Positions 1 through 9,096 of a stretch of 30,270 bases of DNA are shown piece after piece; position 1 is the first letter of the stretch, and the number at the start of each line of letters is the position of its first letter. The position numbers and the translations under genes were made by a program. The notes under the pieces are model-generated. The model worked only from the letters and a program-made list of their open reading frames with translations, had not been told where the DNA came from and did not search any database. This DNA comes from a virus (Duplodnaviria; Caudoviricetes). Where the stretch lies: IMG/VR virus record IMGVR_UViG_3300016667_000137, positions 1 to 30,270 of that record; one strand, given 5' to 3'.

Positions 1-189
1 AGGTCATGAAACATTTAGAGGTGTAACATTTGCAAACAACTCAACCACGGACACGACATGGGGAGGTGTAACATTAGGTACAACAGCATCTACAATTGCA
101 CGTTCAGTAGCATCTACAAACTTTGCTTCTAAACAAATTCGTAAAGGATACTATGGTTCAGTTGTAAGTGCAGGAAGATATACAGGTGT
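1..189 (+). repeat. Terminal direct repeat / circular overlap, left copy
   Basis: Matches 30082-30270; first 96 nt identical, 9 mismatches in the remaining 93 nt. Confidence 0.95.
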
Positions 190-709
190 TAGAGGTTCAG
201 CATTGTTATTTTATATCGGTGGTGGTTGGAAGTACGTATGTGAGTTTTATATAAGTGATACAGCTTATGGAAGTGGATGTCGCCAATTCTACGGAATGAT
301 GGGGCAAACAACAGACCTAACGTATAACGATACTACAACGGTGGCTTCAATGCTTAACGTTATTGGAGTAGGTTCGGATGCTGCAGATTCAAACTTACAG
401 ATATTCCACAACGATGGATCAGGTACAGCTACTAAAGTAGACCTTGGAGGGTTATTTCCTGCAAACAGAACAGCAGGTGCAGCAATGACCACTACTTATA
501 CAGTTGAACTTTATAACGCTAACTCAAGCACAAGCGTAGTTTATAAGGTAACTAACAACGAGTCAGGAGATTATACAGAGGGTACACTAAGTACAAATTT
601 ACCTTTAGATACACAAGGGTTAAACTTTGTAGCATCAAGATGTATGGGTACAGCAATAACAAATACAGGTCAATTTGATTTGGCGATTTTAGGAGTTTAT
701 TCATTATAA
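2..709 (+). CDS. C-terminal part of tail fibre/receptor-binding protein (continues from 29231 across the join)
   Basis: Frame open from position 2 (GHETFRGVTFANNS...) to TAA at 709; same frame and sequence as the end of ORF 29231; the track start at 203 is internal. Confidence 0.75.
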   Translation, partial: GHETFRGVTFANNSTTDTTWGGVTLGTTASTIARSVASTNFASKQIRKGYYGSVVSAGRYTGVRGSALLFYIGGGWKYVCEFYISDTAYGSGCRQFYGMMGQTTDLTYNDTTTVASMLNVIGVGSDAADSNLQIFHNDGSGTATKVDLGGLFPANRTAGAAMTTTYTVELYNANSSTSVVYKVTNNESGDYTEGTLSTNLPLDTQGLNFVASRCMGTAITNTGQFDLAILGVYSL

Positions 710-713
710 CAAC

Positions 714-956
714 ATGGCAACATTTACTTTAGAATGCATACAAGAAGAGCTAAACTTTGAACAAACTAATTTAATAGTTAAGCCTAACGTAATGGAGATA
801 TGTCACTACGTAGACAGCAGAAAGGTTATAAATACAGCGGACATTACACCTACATTAATATCAGACTTTATCACAGAACAAACACCACTATTATTCGCAG
901 TCTTTCAAGCTATGGATAATGTGCCATTAGAAATACGAAATAACTACATGCTATGA
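714..956 (+). CDS. Hypothetical protein (possible fibre-associated chaperone)
   Basis: 80 aa, directly after the fibre gene, ATGA overlap with next gene. Confidence 0.6.
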   Translation: MATFTLECIQEELNFEQTNLIVKPNVMEICHYVDSRKVINTADITPTLISDFITEQTPLLFAVFQAMDNVPLEIRNNYML

Positions 957-1576
957 ATTATTTTAGTGCCATTCTTGAACAACTGAGAAAAACACGGACA
1001 ATTGCTTTAATCATCATTTTAATAGGGTTTATTGCGTACATCTATCAGTCAGCTGTTACAGAGGTTGTAACATACAAAATAAAGCAACCTAAACCAAAAG
1101 ACGAGATACAAACAGACATCCGTAACAACGTAATGATTCAACAGATGTTAAACGAGTTGATGTTAAACTACAAAGCTGATAGAGCGTACATATTTCAGTT
1201 CCACAACACGATCAAATATTACGATGGCACACATAGAAATCATCAATCAATGACGTTTGAGGTATGCGCTAAAGGTATTAGTAGTGAGGCATATTGGTTG
1301 CAGAATTTACCTGTGAGTATATATCCTATGTTTCTACAGGAAATAATGCTTGAACGCATGAACTACTCGGATATAAACGATATAGAAGAACATACTACTA
1401 AACTACAGCTACAACGCCAAGGGATAAAATCTATAGTTATAGCACCTTATTTCAAGGATGGCAACTTTGTAGCTTACATAGGTTTAGACTTCGTTAAATG
1501 CAAGAATGACAGCTTGATTGACTACAATAAGTTCAAGTCATTCACCAATCAAATAGGAAACATTTTAATACAATAA
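953..1576 (+). CDS. Membrane-anchored GAF-like domain protein; putative T4 T-like holin
   Basis: N-terminal amphipathic segment, one TM (IALIIILIGFIAYIY), then GAF-like motifs (ADRAYIFQFHN...GIKSIVIAPYFKDGNFVAYIGLDF). Confidence 0.6.
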   Translation: MNYFSAILEQLRKTRTIALIIILIGFIAYIYQSAVTEVVTYKIKQPKPKDEIQTDIRNNVMIQQMLNELMLNYKADRAYIFQFHNTIKYYDGTHRNHQSMTFEVCAKGISSEAYWLQNLPVSIYPMFLQEIMLERMNYSDINDIEEHTTKLQLQRQGIKSIVIAPYFKDGNFVAYIGLDFVKCKNDSLIDYNKFKSFTNQIGNILIQ

Positions 1577-1578
1577 AT

Positions 1579-1767
1579 ATGGCTAAAAGAAAAACAACAA
1601 GTCCAGTAGGCGGTAATCGTGGATGCCTATGTAAAGATGGAACATACTCTAAGGAGTGCTGTCAGGGTGAACTATCACAACAAGGTGTTGGTGCTACTGA
1701 GGGACAAGGAGTATCAAACGTTACAAACACGAACGAAACACGAACTATAACAAGCGTGAGCAACTAA
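1579..1767 (+). CDS. Small Cys-rich protein upstream of scaffold
   Basis: 62 aa, RGCLCKDGTYSKECCQG motif; tight packing. Confidence 0.65.
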   Translation: MAKRKTTSPVGGNRGCLCKDGTYSKECCQGELSQQGVGATEGQGVSNVTNTNETRTITSVSN

Positions 1768-1770
1768 AAA

Positions 1771-1796
1771 TGTAACAGATAAAAAAGAGTTAAGTT
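1771..1796 (+). promoter_or_regulatory. Putative ECF-type late promoter
   Basis: TGTAACA-N14-AAGTT, same motif and spacing at 4099, 20610, 27820. Confidence 0.65.
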
Positions 1797-1813
1797 TTTA
1801 AAAGAAAAATAGT

Positions 1814-2440
1814 ATGAACGCAAAAGAAATAGTAAACCAAGTTAAGACGCTTTTAGGAATGGAAGTGAAATTAGCTACTATGAAGCTATCCGATGGAGTA
1901 ACGGTATTGGAAGCTGAAATGTTTGAAGCAGGTGCAGAAGTATTTGTTTTGGCAGAAGACCAAAAAATCGCATTGCCTGTTGGAGAGTATGAACTTGAGG
2001 ATGGAAAAATCCTTGTAGTACAACAAGAAGGTATCATTGCTGAGATTAAAGAAGCAGAGGTTAAAGAAGAAATGCCAGAAGTTGAAGCTGAACCACAAGT
2101 TGAGGTTGAAGTTGAAGCAGAAGCAGAGGTTGCACCAACTGCTAAAAAGACAGTTGAGTCAATCATTAAGGAAACTTTCTTTGCTGAAATGGAAAAGCTA
2201 AAAATCGAAAATGAAGAACTTAAAGCAAAATTGGAAACGCTTAGCGCAACTACTCCTAAAGAAGTTACTGCTGAGGTTACTGAAGAAACAACTGCAACGA
2301 CTACAACAGAGGTTGAACTTGAAGAAGTAAAACCAATCACATTCAATCCGGAAAGAACAAACGAAGTAGAAGGATTCAAATTCGCTTCTAAACGTCCACG
2401 TTCAACGATGGATTCAATATTAGAAAAACTTAATAAATAA
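1814..2440 (+). CDS. Capsid scaffolding protein (putative)
   Basis: Highly acidic, coiled-coil C-terminal half, immediately upstream of capsid gene. Confidence 0.7.
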   Translation: MNAKEIVNQVKTLLGMEVKLATMKLSDGVTVLEAEMFEAGAEVFVLAEDQKIALPVGEYELEDGKILVVQQEGIIAEIKEAEVKEEMPEVEAEPQVEVEVEAEAEVAPTAKKTVESIIKETFFAEMEKLKIENEELKAKLETLSATTPKEVTAEVTEETTATTTTEVELEEVKPITFNPERTNEVEGFKFASKRPRSTMDSILEKLNK

Positions 2441-2469
2441 ATTCATAAACAACTAAAAATCAATTAATT

Positions 2470-3420
2470 ATGGCGACTACAACAAGCATTACTACTTCCT
2501 ATTCGGGAGAATTTGCAGGTAAGTACATTGCTGCAGCTTTATTGTCTGCACCAACTTTAGAAAAGGGAGGGATGACTATCCATCCGAATATCGTATATAA
2601 GGAGGTAATTCAGCGATTTGCAACTGATGACATTATCAAAAACTCCACTTGCGACTTTGATCCTACTTCAACAATTACTTTAACTGAAAGAGTCTTAAAC
2701 CCTGAAGAATTTCAAGTTAATTTGCAATTGTGCAAAAAAACGTTTGTTAGCTCATGGCAAGCGGCTGAGTTAGGTTACTCTGCATTTGCATCTATTCCAA
2801 AATCACTAAATGATTTCTTGATTGCTTACGTAGCTGAGAAAGTGGCTGCTTCAATGGAATTAACTATTTGGACAGGTGTTAACGCAACTGCAGGACAATT
2901 TGATGGTATCTCTACTTTGATTGCTGCTGATGCTGCTTTACCTTCTGCACAAGAGGTTGCAGGAACTACAGTAACAGCTGCTAACGTTATCACTGAGTTA
3001 GGCAAATTAGTAGATGCTATTCCTGCACGTTTATATGGACAGCCTGATTTGAAACTTTATGTTTCTCAAAACATTTATAAGGCATACGTTAGGGCGTTAG
3101 GCGGGTTCGCTTCTAATGGCGTAGGTTCTGCAGGTTATGATAACAAAGGAACAAACCAAGTATTAGGAGATTTAGTATTTGATGGTGTACCTGTATTCAT
3201 GGCTAATGGATTAGCTGCAGGAACTGCAATTGCAACTCCAACTTCAAACTTACACTTTGCGACTTCTTTACTTTCTGATATGAATGAAGTTAAGGTTTTG
3301 GATATGAGTGATTTGGATGGTTCACAAAATTTCCGAGTAGTAATGAGATTCCGAGCTACGGCAAATTATGGATTTGCTGAGGACATGGTTACATACGGAA
3401 TTAGTAACTCTGCTAACTAA
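2470..3420 (+). CDS. Major capsid protein
   Basis: 316 aa, follows scaffold, strongly biased codons, followed by terminator; resembles capsids of Flavobacteriia-type siphoviruses. Confidence 0.8.
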   Translation: MATTTSITTSYSGEFAGKYIAAALLSAPTLEKGGMTIHPNIVYKEVIQRFATDDIIKNSTCDFDPTSTITLTERVLNPEEFQVNLQLCKKTFVSSWQAAELGYSAFASIPKSLNDFLIAYVAEKVAASMELTIWTGVNATAGQFDGISTLIAADAALPSAQEVAGTTVTAANVITELGKLVDAIPARLYGQPDLKLYVSQNIYKAYVRALGGFASNGVGSAGYDNKGTNQVLGDLVFDGVPVFMANGLAAGTAIATPTSNLHFATSLLSDMNEVKVLDMSDLDGSQNFRVVMRFRATANYGFAEDMVTYGISNSAN

Positions 3421-3438
3421 TATCAACTATAACTAACG

Positions 3439-3470
3439 AAGGGGTGGTGCAATAAACACCACCTTTTTTT
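3439..3470 (+). terminator. Intrinsic terminator after capsid gene
   Basis: GGTGGTG-caataaa-CACCACC stem then T7. Confidence 0.85.
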
Positions 3471-3496
3471 ATATAAACAATTTAAATTTTTAAGAT

Positions 3497-4048
3497 ATGA
3501 GCTGTGATATAGCAAACGGAAGACTTGAGCAATGTAAAGACTCAGTATCTGGTCTTGATGCGATCTTCTTCATCAACTATGGCGATTATAACGCTGAAAC
3601 GGACGTGACGTATAACGTTACTAACACGGATATGATTGACGACATCAACGGAGTTTCTTCACTTTACAAGTATGAATTGAAAGGTGCTAACTCTTTTGAA
3701 CAAGCAATTAACTCAAGTAGAGAAAACGGAACTACTTTTGTAGAGCAAACTTTGACAATTCAATTGAAAAAGCAGGATGCTGCGACTCACAAGACAGTGA
3801 AGCTACTTAGCTTTGGGAGGCCTCACATCGTGGTGAAGACTCGTTCTAACCAATACTTCTTAATGGGATTGGAAAGAGGTGCAGACTTAACAGCAGGTAC
3901 TATTTCAAGTGGGGTTCAGTTGGGTGACATGAACGGTTATTCTTTGACATTTACTGCTCAAGAAAACATCCCTGCGAACTTTTTGAACTGCTCTACAGAT
4001 GCAGGTTTAGCAACTTTATTTAGTTCGGCTACAATAGTAACTTCATAG
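3497..4048 (+). CDS. Major tail tube protein (putative)
   Basis: 183 aa, beta-rich pattern (FVEQTLTIQL...GYSLTFTAQE), flanked by terminators as for an abundant virion protein. Confidence 0.6.
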   Translation: MSCDIANGRLEQCKDSVSGLDAIFFINYGDYNAETDVTYNVTNTDMIDDINGVSSLYKYELKGANSFEQAINSSRENGTTFVEQTLTIQLKKQDAATHKTVKLLSFGRPHIVVKTRSNQYFLMGLERGADLTAGTISSGVQLGDMNGYSLTFTAQENIPANFLNCSTDAGLATLFSSATIVTS

Positions 4049-4070
4049 GTTAATTATAGGTTATCGAAAG

Positions 4071-4097
4071 AGGGGAGTGTAACAACTCCCTTTTTTT
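4071..4097 (+). terminator. Intrinsic terminator
   Basis: GGGAGT-gtaaca-ACTCCC then T7. Confidence 0.85.
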
Positions 4098-4098
4098 A

Positions 4099-4124
4099 TG
4101 AAACAAAATATAGGTAAGCAAGTT
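4099..4124 (+). promoter_or_regulatory. Putative ECF-type late promoter
   Basis: TGAAACA-N14-AAGTT directly after a terminator, 8 nt before ATG 4133. Confidence 0.7.
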
Positions 4125-4132
4125 TAATAGTT

Positions 4133-4465
4133 ATGATTATACTTCAGGAAAGTGCATCTAACCAAACAATTAATTTCATTCCACGATCAGGCGGATATGA
4201 TACGCTTGTTATAACGGATGAACAGACAGGTGACATTCAAACAATAACTACTTTCACAAGCACGCAAGGGGACTATTACGATACGATTACAGCGGTGTTC
4301 ACGCTTGTAGAAAATAGATTCTACTCTTTAGTAATTAAAGATGGCACAATCGATTTATTTAAAGATAAGATTTTCTGTACGAATCAATCTATACCTACCT
4401 ACTCCTTGAACACGGGACAATACATTAATTACACAAGCAATAACGATTTCATAGTATATGAGTAA
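4133..4465 (+). CDS. Hypothetical virion (head/neck) protein
   Basis: 110 aa, overlaps portal start. Confidence 0.6.
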   Translation: MIILQESASNQTINFIPRSGGYDTLVITDEQTGDIQTITTFTSTQGDYYDTITAVFTLVENRFYSLVIKDGTIDLFKDKIFCTNQSIPTYSLNTGQYINYTSNNDFIVYE

Positions 4466-6221
4466 CGTACACATTTTAAACTTGGCTGCTTACGAAACGC
4501 CAACGATCCAAGAGTCTAAACGTGACGAATGGGTTGAGTATGGTGAGAGCAATGACTATTTCAGTTTTTTAATAGACAGATACACGAACAGCCCAACAAA
4601 TAACGCCATTATAAACAACATTTCGAGGTTAGTTTATGGTAAAGGGTTAAGTGCTACTGATGCATCAAGAAAACCTAACGAGTATGCACAAATGATGGCA
4701 ATGCTCAACAAAGAGGATATACGAAAAGTAGTTAAGGACTTTAAAATGTTGGGTAATGCTGCCATGCAAATACATTACACTAAAGACCGCAAAAAAATAC
4801 AGAAGGTATATCACATCCCAGTTAACCTTATACGTGCTGAAAAGTGCAATAAGGATGGCGAGATTGAAGGCTATTACTACTCGGACAATTGGAGTGACGT
4901 AAAAAAGTATGCGCCTAAAAGAATCCCTGCATTTGGGTATTCACAGGAACAGATAGAAATACTTTACATCATGCCTTATTCGGTGGGGATGAAGTATTAT
5001 GCTTATCCTGATTATTTAGGTGCTTTGCCTTATGCAACACTTGAAGAAGAGATTGCAGATTATTTGTGCAATGAGGTGCAAAATGGTTTCTCTGGCACAA
5101 AGGTAGTTAACTTTAATGGGGGCATCCCTTCCGAAGAGCAACAGCAAATCATTAGTTCAAAAGTATTAGGTAAGTTAACAGGATCACGAGGTCAAAAAGT
5201 GATCGTTGCGTTCAACAACAACGAGACTGAGAAAACAACTGTAGACGATATTCCTTTAAATGATGCCGCTGAACAATATCAGTACCTAAGTGATGAGTGT
5301 ATGAGAAAGCTAATGTTAGCGCATAACGTTACATCTCCATTATTATTTGGTATTGCATCAACAAACGGATTTAGTTCTAATGCTGATGAACTTAAAAATA
5401 GTTCAATTCTATTCGATAATATGGTTATTAAACCAATTCAAGAAATTTTAATTGATGCGTTTGATAGAATATTAGCTTACAACGGAATTAGTTTGAACCT
5501 ATTTTTTAAGACATTACAGCCTTTAGAATTTACAGATCTTGAAAATGCACAAACAGAAGAGCAAGTAATTGAAGAAACTGGAGTTCAACTTTCATCCGAT
5601 ATAAGCGATGAAGAACTTGACTTAATGCTTAACGATTTAGAAGGCGAAATTGTAGGTGAAGAATGGGAAGTTATCGGTAAGCGTGAAGTAAAAGATGATA
5701 ATAATTCAACTGAAGAATGGGCGAATGGAGTAATAAACTCAAAGAAAAACATACTTCAAAAGTTAGCCGATGTAATTAAGTCAGCGCCAAGCAGAGAGTC
5801 CAATTTAGATAAAGGCATATATAAGGTTCGATACGAATACTCGGAAAGATATAGCAAGCCTAATTCAAGAAAGTTCTGTAAGGCAATGATGTCACGTACA
5901 AATAGTGGTGTAGTTTATCGTTTAGAAGATATTGATAAGGCAAGCAGAGCAGGCGTAAACAAAGAGTTAGGACATTTAGGTCAAGCATACGATTTATTTA
6001 AGTTTAAAGGCGGTGTAAATTGCTCACATTATTGGTCTGAGGTTCTTTATAAGCTAAAGAAAAAAGATGGTAAATATGTAGATGATAAAGCGTTGAGTTC
6101 ATCAGAAGAGGTTGATTCAATACCGAAGTCATATGCACCAAGACCAAGAGGTAATAAAGAAAGTAAAATTGCTCCGATAGACATGCCAAATAACGGACAT
6201 CATCCAGATTACAAGAAATAA
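4458..6221 (+). CDS. Portal protein with C-terminal extension
   Basis: Portal-like core (DFKMLGNAAMQI...AHNVTSPLLFGI...NMVIKPIQEILIDAF), acidic linker, Cys/His-containing C-terminal domain. Confidence 0.8.
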   Translation: MSNVHILNLAAYETPTIQESKRDEWVEYGESNDYFSFLIDRYTNSPTNNAIINNISRLVYGKGLSATDASRKPNEYAQMMAMLNKEDIRKVVKDFKMLGNAAMQIHYTKDRKKIQKVYHIPVNLIRAEKCNKDGEIEGYYYSDNWSDVKKYAPKRIPAFGYSQEQIEILYIMPYSVGMKYYAYPDYLGALPYATLEEEIADYLCNEVQNGFSGTKVVNFNGGIPSEEQQQIISSKVLGKLTGSRGQKVIVAFNNNETEKTTVDDIPLNDAAEQYQYLSDECMRKLMLAHNVTSPLLFGIASTNGFSSNADELKNSSILFDNMVIKPIQEILIDAFDRILAYNGISLNLFFKTLQPLEFTDLENAQTEEQVIEETGVQLSSDISDEELDLMLNDLEGEIVGEEWEVIGKREVKDDNNSTEEWANGVINSKKNILQKLADVIKSAPSRESNLDKGIYKVRYEYSERYSKPNSRKFCKAMMSRTNSGVVYRLEDIDKASRAGVNKELGHLGQAYDLFKFKGGVNCSHYWSEVLYKLKKKDGKYVDDKALSSSEEVDSIPKSYAPRPRGNKESKIAPIDMPNNGHHPDYKK

Positions 6222-6223
6222 AC

Positions 6224-6733
6224 ATGGAAGCACTACTCATAACACGTAACGACTTAGTAAAATTTACAGCGCTAAACGGAAACCTTGATCCTGATAAGTT
6301 CATGTTTTCAATCAAAATAGCGCAAGACATTCATATCCAAAACTACTTAGGTACACAGCTTTTTAACAAGCTAAAGCAATTGATTGTAGATGGTGACGTG
6401 GATGATGTCGGAAATGCTGACTATAAGACTTTATTAGTGGACTACGTGAAGCCTTGTTTGATTCATTACGCAATGGTTGAACTTTTACCTAATACAGCGT
6501 ATACAATCTCAAATAAAGGCGTTTACCGGCATAACTCCGAAAACTCGGATACAGCAACTAAAGAAGAGATTGACAGCCTTATATCAAAGGAAAGAATCTT
6601 AGCACAACAATACACGGAAAGACTGCTTGATTTCTTAGGTAACAATAGTATAGATTTTCCTGAGTACAACTCAAACGGAGCAGGGGATGTGTTTCCAGAT
6701 AGTAACAATAATAACATTGGTTGGTTTATATAG
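6224..6733 (+). CDS. Head-tail adaptor/connector (putative)
   Basis: 169 aa helical protein directly after portal. Confidence 0.6.
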   Translation: MEALLITRNDLVKFTALNGNLDPDKFMFSIKIAQDIHIQNYLGTQLFNKLKQLIVDGDVDDVGNADYKTLLVDYVKPCLIHYAMVELLPNTAYTISNKGVYRHNSENSDTATKEEIDSLISKERILAQQYTERLLDFLGNNSIDFPEYNSNGAGDVFPDSNNNNIGWFI

Positions 6734-6734
6734 T

Positions 6735-6809
6735 ATGGCGTACAAACCGAAGCAAGAAAACATAATTAAGTTGCAAATCTTTTTAAGTTCAATTAAAGAT
6801 GGCAAATAG
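6735..6809 (+). CDS. Small peptide (24 aa, MAYKPKQENIIKLQIFLSSIKDGK), not in ORF track
   Basis: ATG 1 nt after previous stop; fills the gap and overlaps next gene start. Confidence 0.45.
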   Translation: MAYKPKQENIIKLQIFLSSIKDGK

Positions 6810-7017
6810 TATAGGATGGGGAGCAGCAGTGAGTAACCTTATTGGTTATGGAAAGGCGAATGAAGAAGGAGATAACTTCAAAGACGAGTCATCAGCTTTT
6901 TTATTAGAAACTGAAAGTGATGAATTTCTTTTAACTCAAAGCGCAAGTGTTGACCTTGCAGGATGGGGAGAAGTTTATGATACCACATGGTGGGGTGATA
7001 CAATTGACGAACGATAA
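6799..7017 (+). CDS. Small acidic virion-associated protein
   Basis: 72 aa, GWG/WWG motifs and FLLETESDEFLLTQ; precedes fibre gene. Confidence 0.55.
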   Translation: MANSIGWGAAVSNLIGYGKANEEGDNFKDESSAFLLETESDEFLLTQSASVDLAGWGEVYDTTWWGDTIDER

Positions 7018-7027
7018 ATAAATTAAA

Positions 7028-8341
7028 ATGGCAGAAAAAAAGTTTAGCGAATTAACCGCAAAAGGTGCTACCATTGCAGACACAGACATTGTCGCAATAT
7101 CAGAAAGTGCAGGTGGTGGTACATACACTTCTAAGAGTGTGACAGGGGCGAATATTAAAGCATTGGTAACAGATGCTAACATGACAACTACAGACATCAC
7201 CACAAACGATGTAAGCACATCTAAACATGGATTTGCACCTAAAGCACCAAACGATACAACTAAGTTCTTAAGAGGTGATGCAACGTGGGCGGTAGTTCCT
7301 GCAGGTGGATTAACTAAATTCACAGAAGCAGAAGCAACTACTTCACCAAATAATACGGTATATGTAGATAGTTTAACAGCAGCTGGAAGTACAACGAATG
7401 TTGATATTGCTATTGTACCAAAAGGTACAGGAGCATTATTAGCTGATATACCTGATAATGCATCAACAGGAGGTAATAAAAGAGGTGCAAATAGTGTTGA
7501 TTTGCAAATGTCACGTTCAAATGCTGTTCATGTTGCAAGTGGTTCATACGCTGTAATTTGTGGTGGTAATGCAAATAGAAGTACATCTACTGCATCATTT
7601 GTTGGTGGTGGCGATGGAAACCAATCTACAAATAACTACACAACTGTTGGAGGTGGAAATGGTAATGTAGCAAGTTCAAACTTTTCTGCTGTTTTAGGCG
7701 GTCTAAGTAATACAGCAAGCGGTCAAAGTTCAGGCATAGTAGCTGGAGAATCAAATGTTGCAAGTGGTGCAAGGTCGGGAATTTTAGGAACATCATGTAC
7801 AGCAAGTGGAAGCGGTGCTTATTGTTTGGGTGCTAATTTAGTTGCAAGTGGTGATTTATCAATAGCATTAGGATTTCAAGCATCAACTTTAGGTATATAT
7901 GGTCGTCAATCATTTGCAAGTGGTCAAGAGGGTACAGCTGGAGATTCTCAAATGTCTAAATTCATTTTAAGAGAAAGAACAACAGGAAATACTGCTACAA
8001 CTTTAACATCAGATTCATTAACTGCATCTACAACTAACCAAGTAATACTTTCTAATAACTCAGCTTATAGATTTAAAGGAACTATTATAGGAAAGCAATC
8101 AGGAAGCACAAACGTGGCTGCTTGGGATGTTGATGGATTGATTGTACGAGGAGCAAATGCAGCTGCTACCACTTTAATTGTTGGTAATGCTATTCTTGTG
8201 AGTAATTTGCCATTATGGGGAACACCAACACTTGCAGCAGATACAACTAACGGAGGATTGAGAGTACAAGTAACAGGCGCAGCAGCAACAAACATTCAAT
8301 GGACTGCAGTTATAGAAACAACAGAAGTAATTTACGCATAA
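7028..8341 (+). CDS. Tail fibre/adhesin with YadA-head-like repeats
   Basis: N-terminal KKFSELTA fibre-type start; 14-15-aa repeats NxASGxxSxxxGG at ~7530-7880; G/S/T/A-rich. Confidence 0.75.
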   Translation: MAEKKFSELTAKGATIADTDIVAISESAGGGTYTSKSVTGANIKALVTDANMTTTDITTNDVSTSKHGFAPKAPNDTTKFLRGDATWAVVPAGGLTKFTEAEATTSPNNTVYVDSLTAAGSTTNVDIAIVPKGTGALLADIPDNASTGGNKRGANSVDLQMSRSNAVHVASGSYAVICGGNANRSTSTASFVGGGDGNQSTNNYTTVGGGNGNVASSNFSAVLGGLSNTASGQSSGIVAGESNVASGARSGILGTSCTASGSGAYCLGANLVASGDLSIALGFQASTLGIYGRQSFASGQEGTAGDSQMSKFILRERTTGNTATTLTSDSLTASTTNQVILSNNSAYRFKGTIIGKQSGSTNVAAWDVDGLIVRGANAAATTLIVGNAILVSNLPLWGTPTLAADTTNGGLRVQVTGAAATNIQWTAVIETTEVIYA

Positions 8342-8354
8342 TAAAAAAAATAAA

Positions 8355-8615
8355 ATGGCAAATTTTCAACTAAAAGAAGTACAAGCAGTAGGAACTGCAA
8401 CGATACAAGCAGACGGATCACTTGTTCAATCATGTATGGTAGTAACAGAGATTCAAGGTATCAAGGCACAAGGTAAAGTTTTAAGTGATTTAGCTTCATT
8501 TGAAGTGCCTAACTCAGTTATGGCAAACCAAGCAGAACCATTAAAAGCTGCATGGGATTATATCAAGGATGTACTTGCACCTGCATTCGTTTCTGATAAC
8601 TACGCAAATGCTTAA
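8355..8615 (+). CDS. Hypothetical protein (possible fibre chaperone)
   Basis: 86 aa directly after fibre gene, A-rich leader. Confidence 0.6.
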   Translation: MANFQLKEVQAVGTATIQADGSLVQSCMVVTEIQGIKAQGKVLSDLASFEVPNSVMANQAEPLKAAWDYIKDVLAPAFVSDNYANA

Positions 8616-9096
8616 GACAGGAGATATACTACATTGCTCAGGCAAACGATTGATTCCGAAACTGATTAAAGCATTCACAAGGTCACAGTTCTCACACTCT
8701 GCGCTTTTCGTGGAGTGTTGGGGACAGCCTTATATTATAGATGCGCAAAAAGATGGAGTTAATTTAAGACCTTTTGAGGAATGGAAAAAGACTTATGGCT
8801 ATGACTACATTGTACATAGGCAAATAAGCGACTACAACGAAAAAGAAATAGCTATTAAGGCACTATCAAAAGTCGGACATACAGCATATGACTTTGAAGG
8901 TCTAATTGTTAAGCAACCAATAGAGCTTTTAACAGGATCTTGGAAGAAGAAACAAGACGAAGGTCAAAGAATGTATTGTTCGGAATTTGTTGCGTGGGTA
9001 TGGAACGCTCAAGATAATTATAGAATGAGTCCTAAAGACCTATACGAATGGTGTCTATTAAATAACTTTGTAGAAAAAGAAAGAGTTGGATTATGA
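8608..9096 (+). CDS. Permuted papain-like NlpC/P60 amidase (YiiX/YaeF, C92 family)
   Basis: GDIL...FSHSAL...AYDF...YCSEFVA (His before Cys); likely start ATG 8608 rather than 8569. Confidence 0.82.
   Translation: MLKTGDILHCSGKRLIPKLIKAFTRSQFSHSALFVECWGQPYIIDAQKDGVNLRPFEEWKKTYGYDYIVHRQISDYNEKEIAIKALSKVGHTAYDFEGLIVKQPIELLTGSWKKKQDEGQRMYCSEFVAWVWNAQDNYRMSPKDLYEWCLLNNFVEKERVGL

Noticed and set aside
1-189. Diversity-generating retroelement TR/VR pair explaining the mismatched repeat
   Set aside because: Mismatches are mostly synonymous third positions and not adenine-specific; no reverse transcriptase in the genome
4044-4118. Recurring ATAGGT(T/A)A motifs after the tail tube gene, with TAGGTAAG also at 9617
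   Set aside because: Short, AT-rich, and no convincing target or consistent spacing
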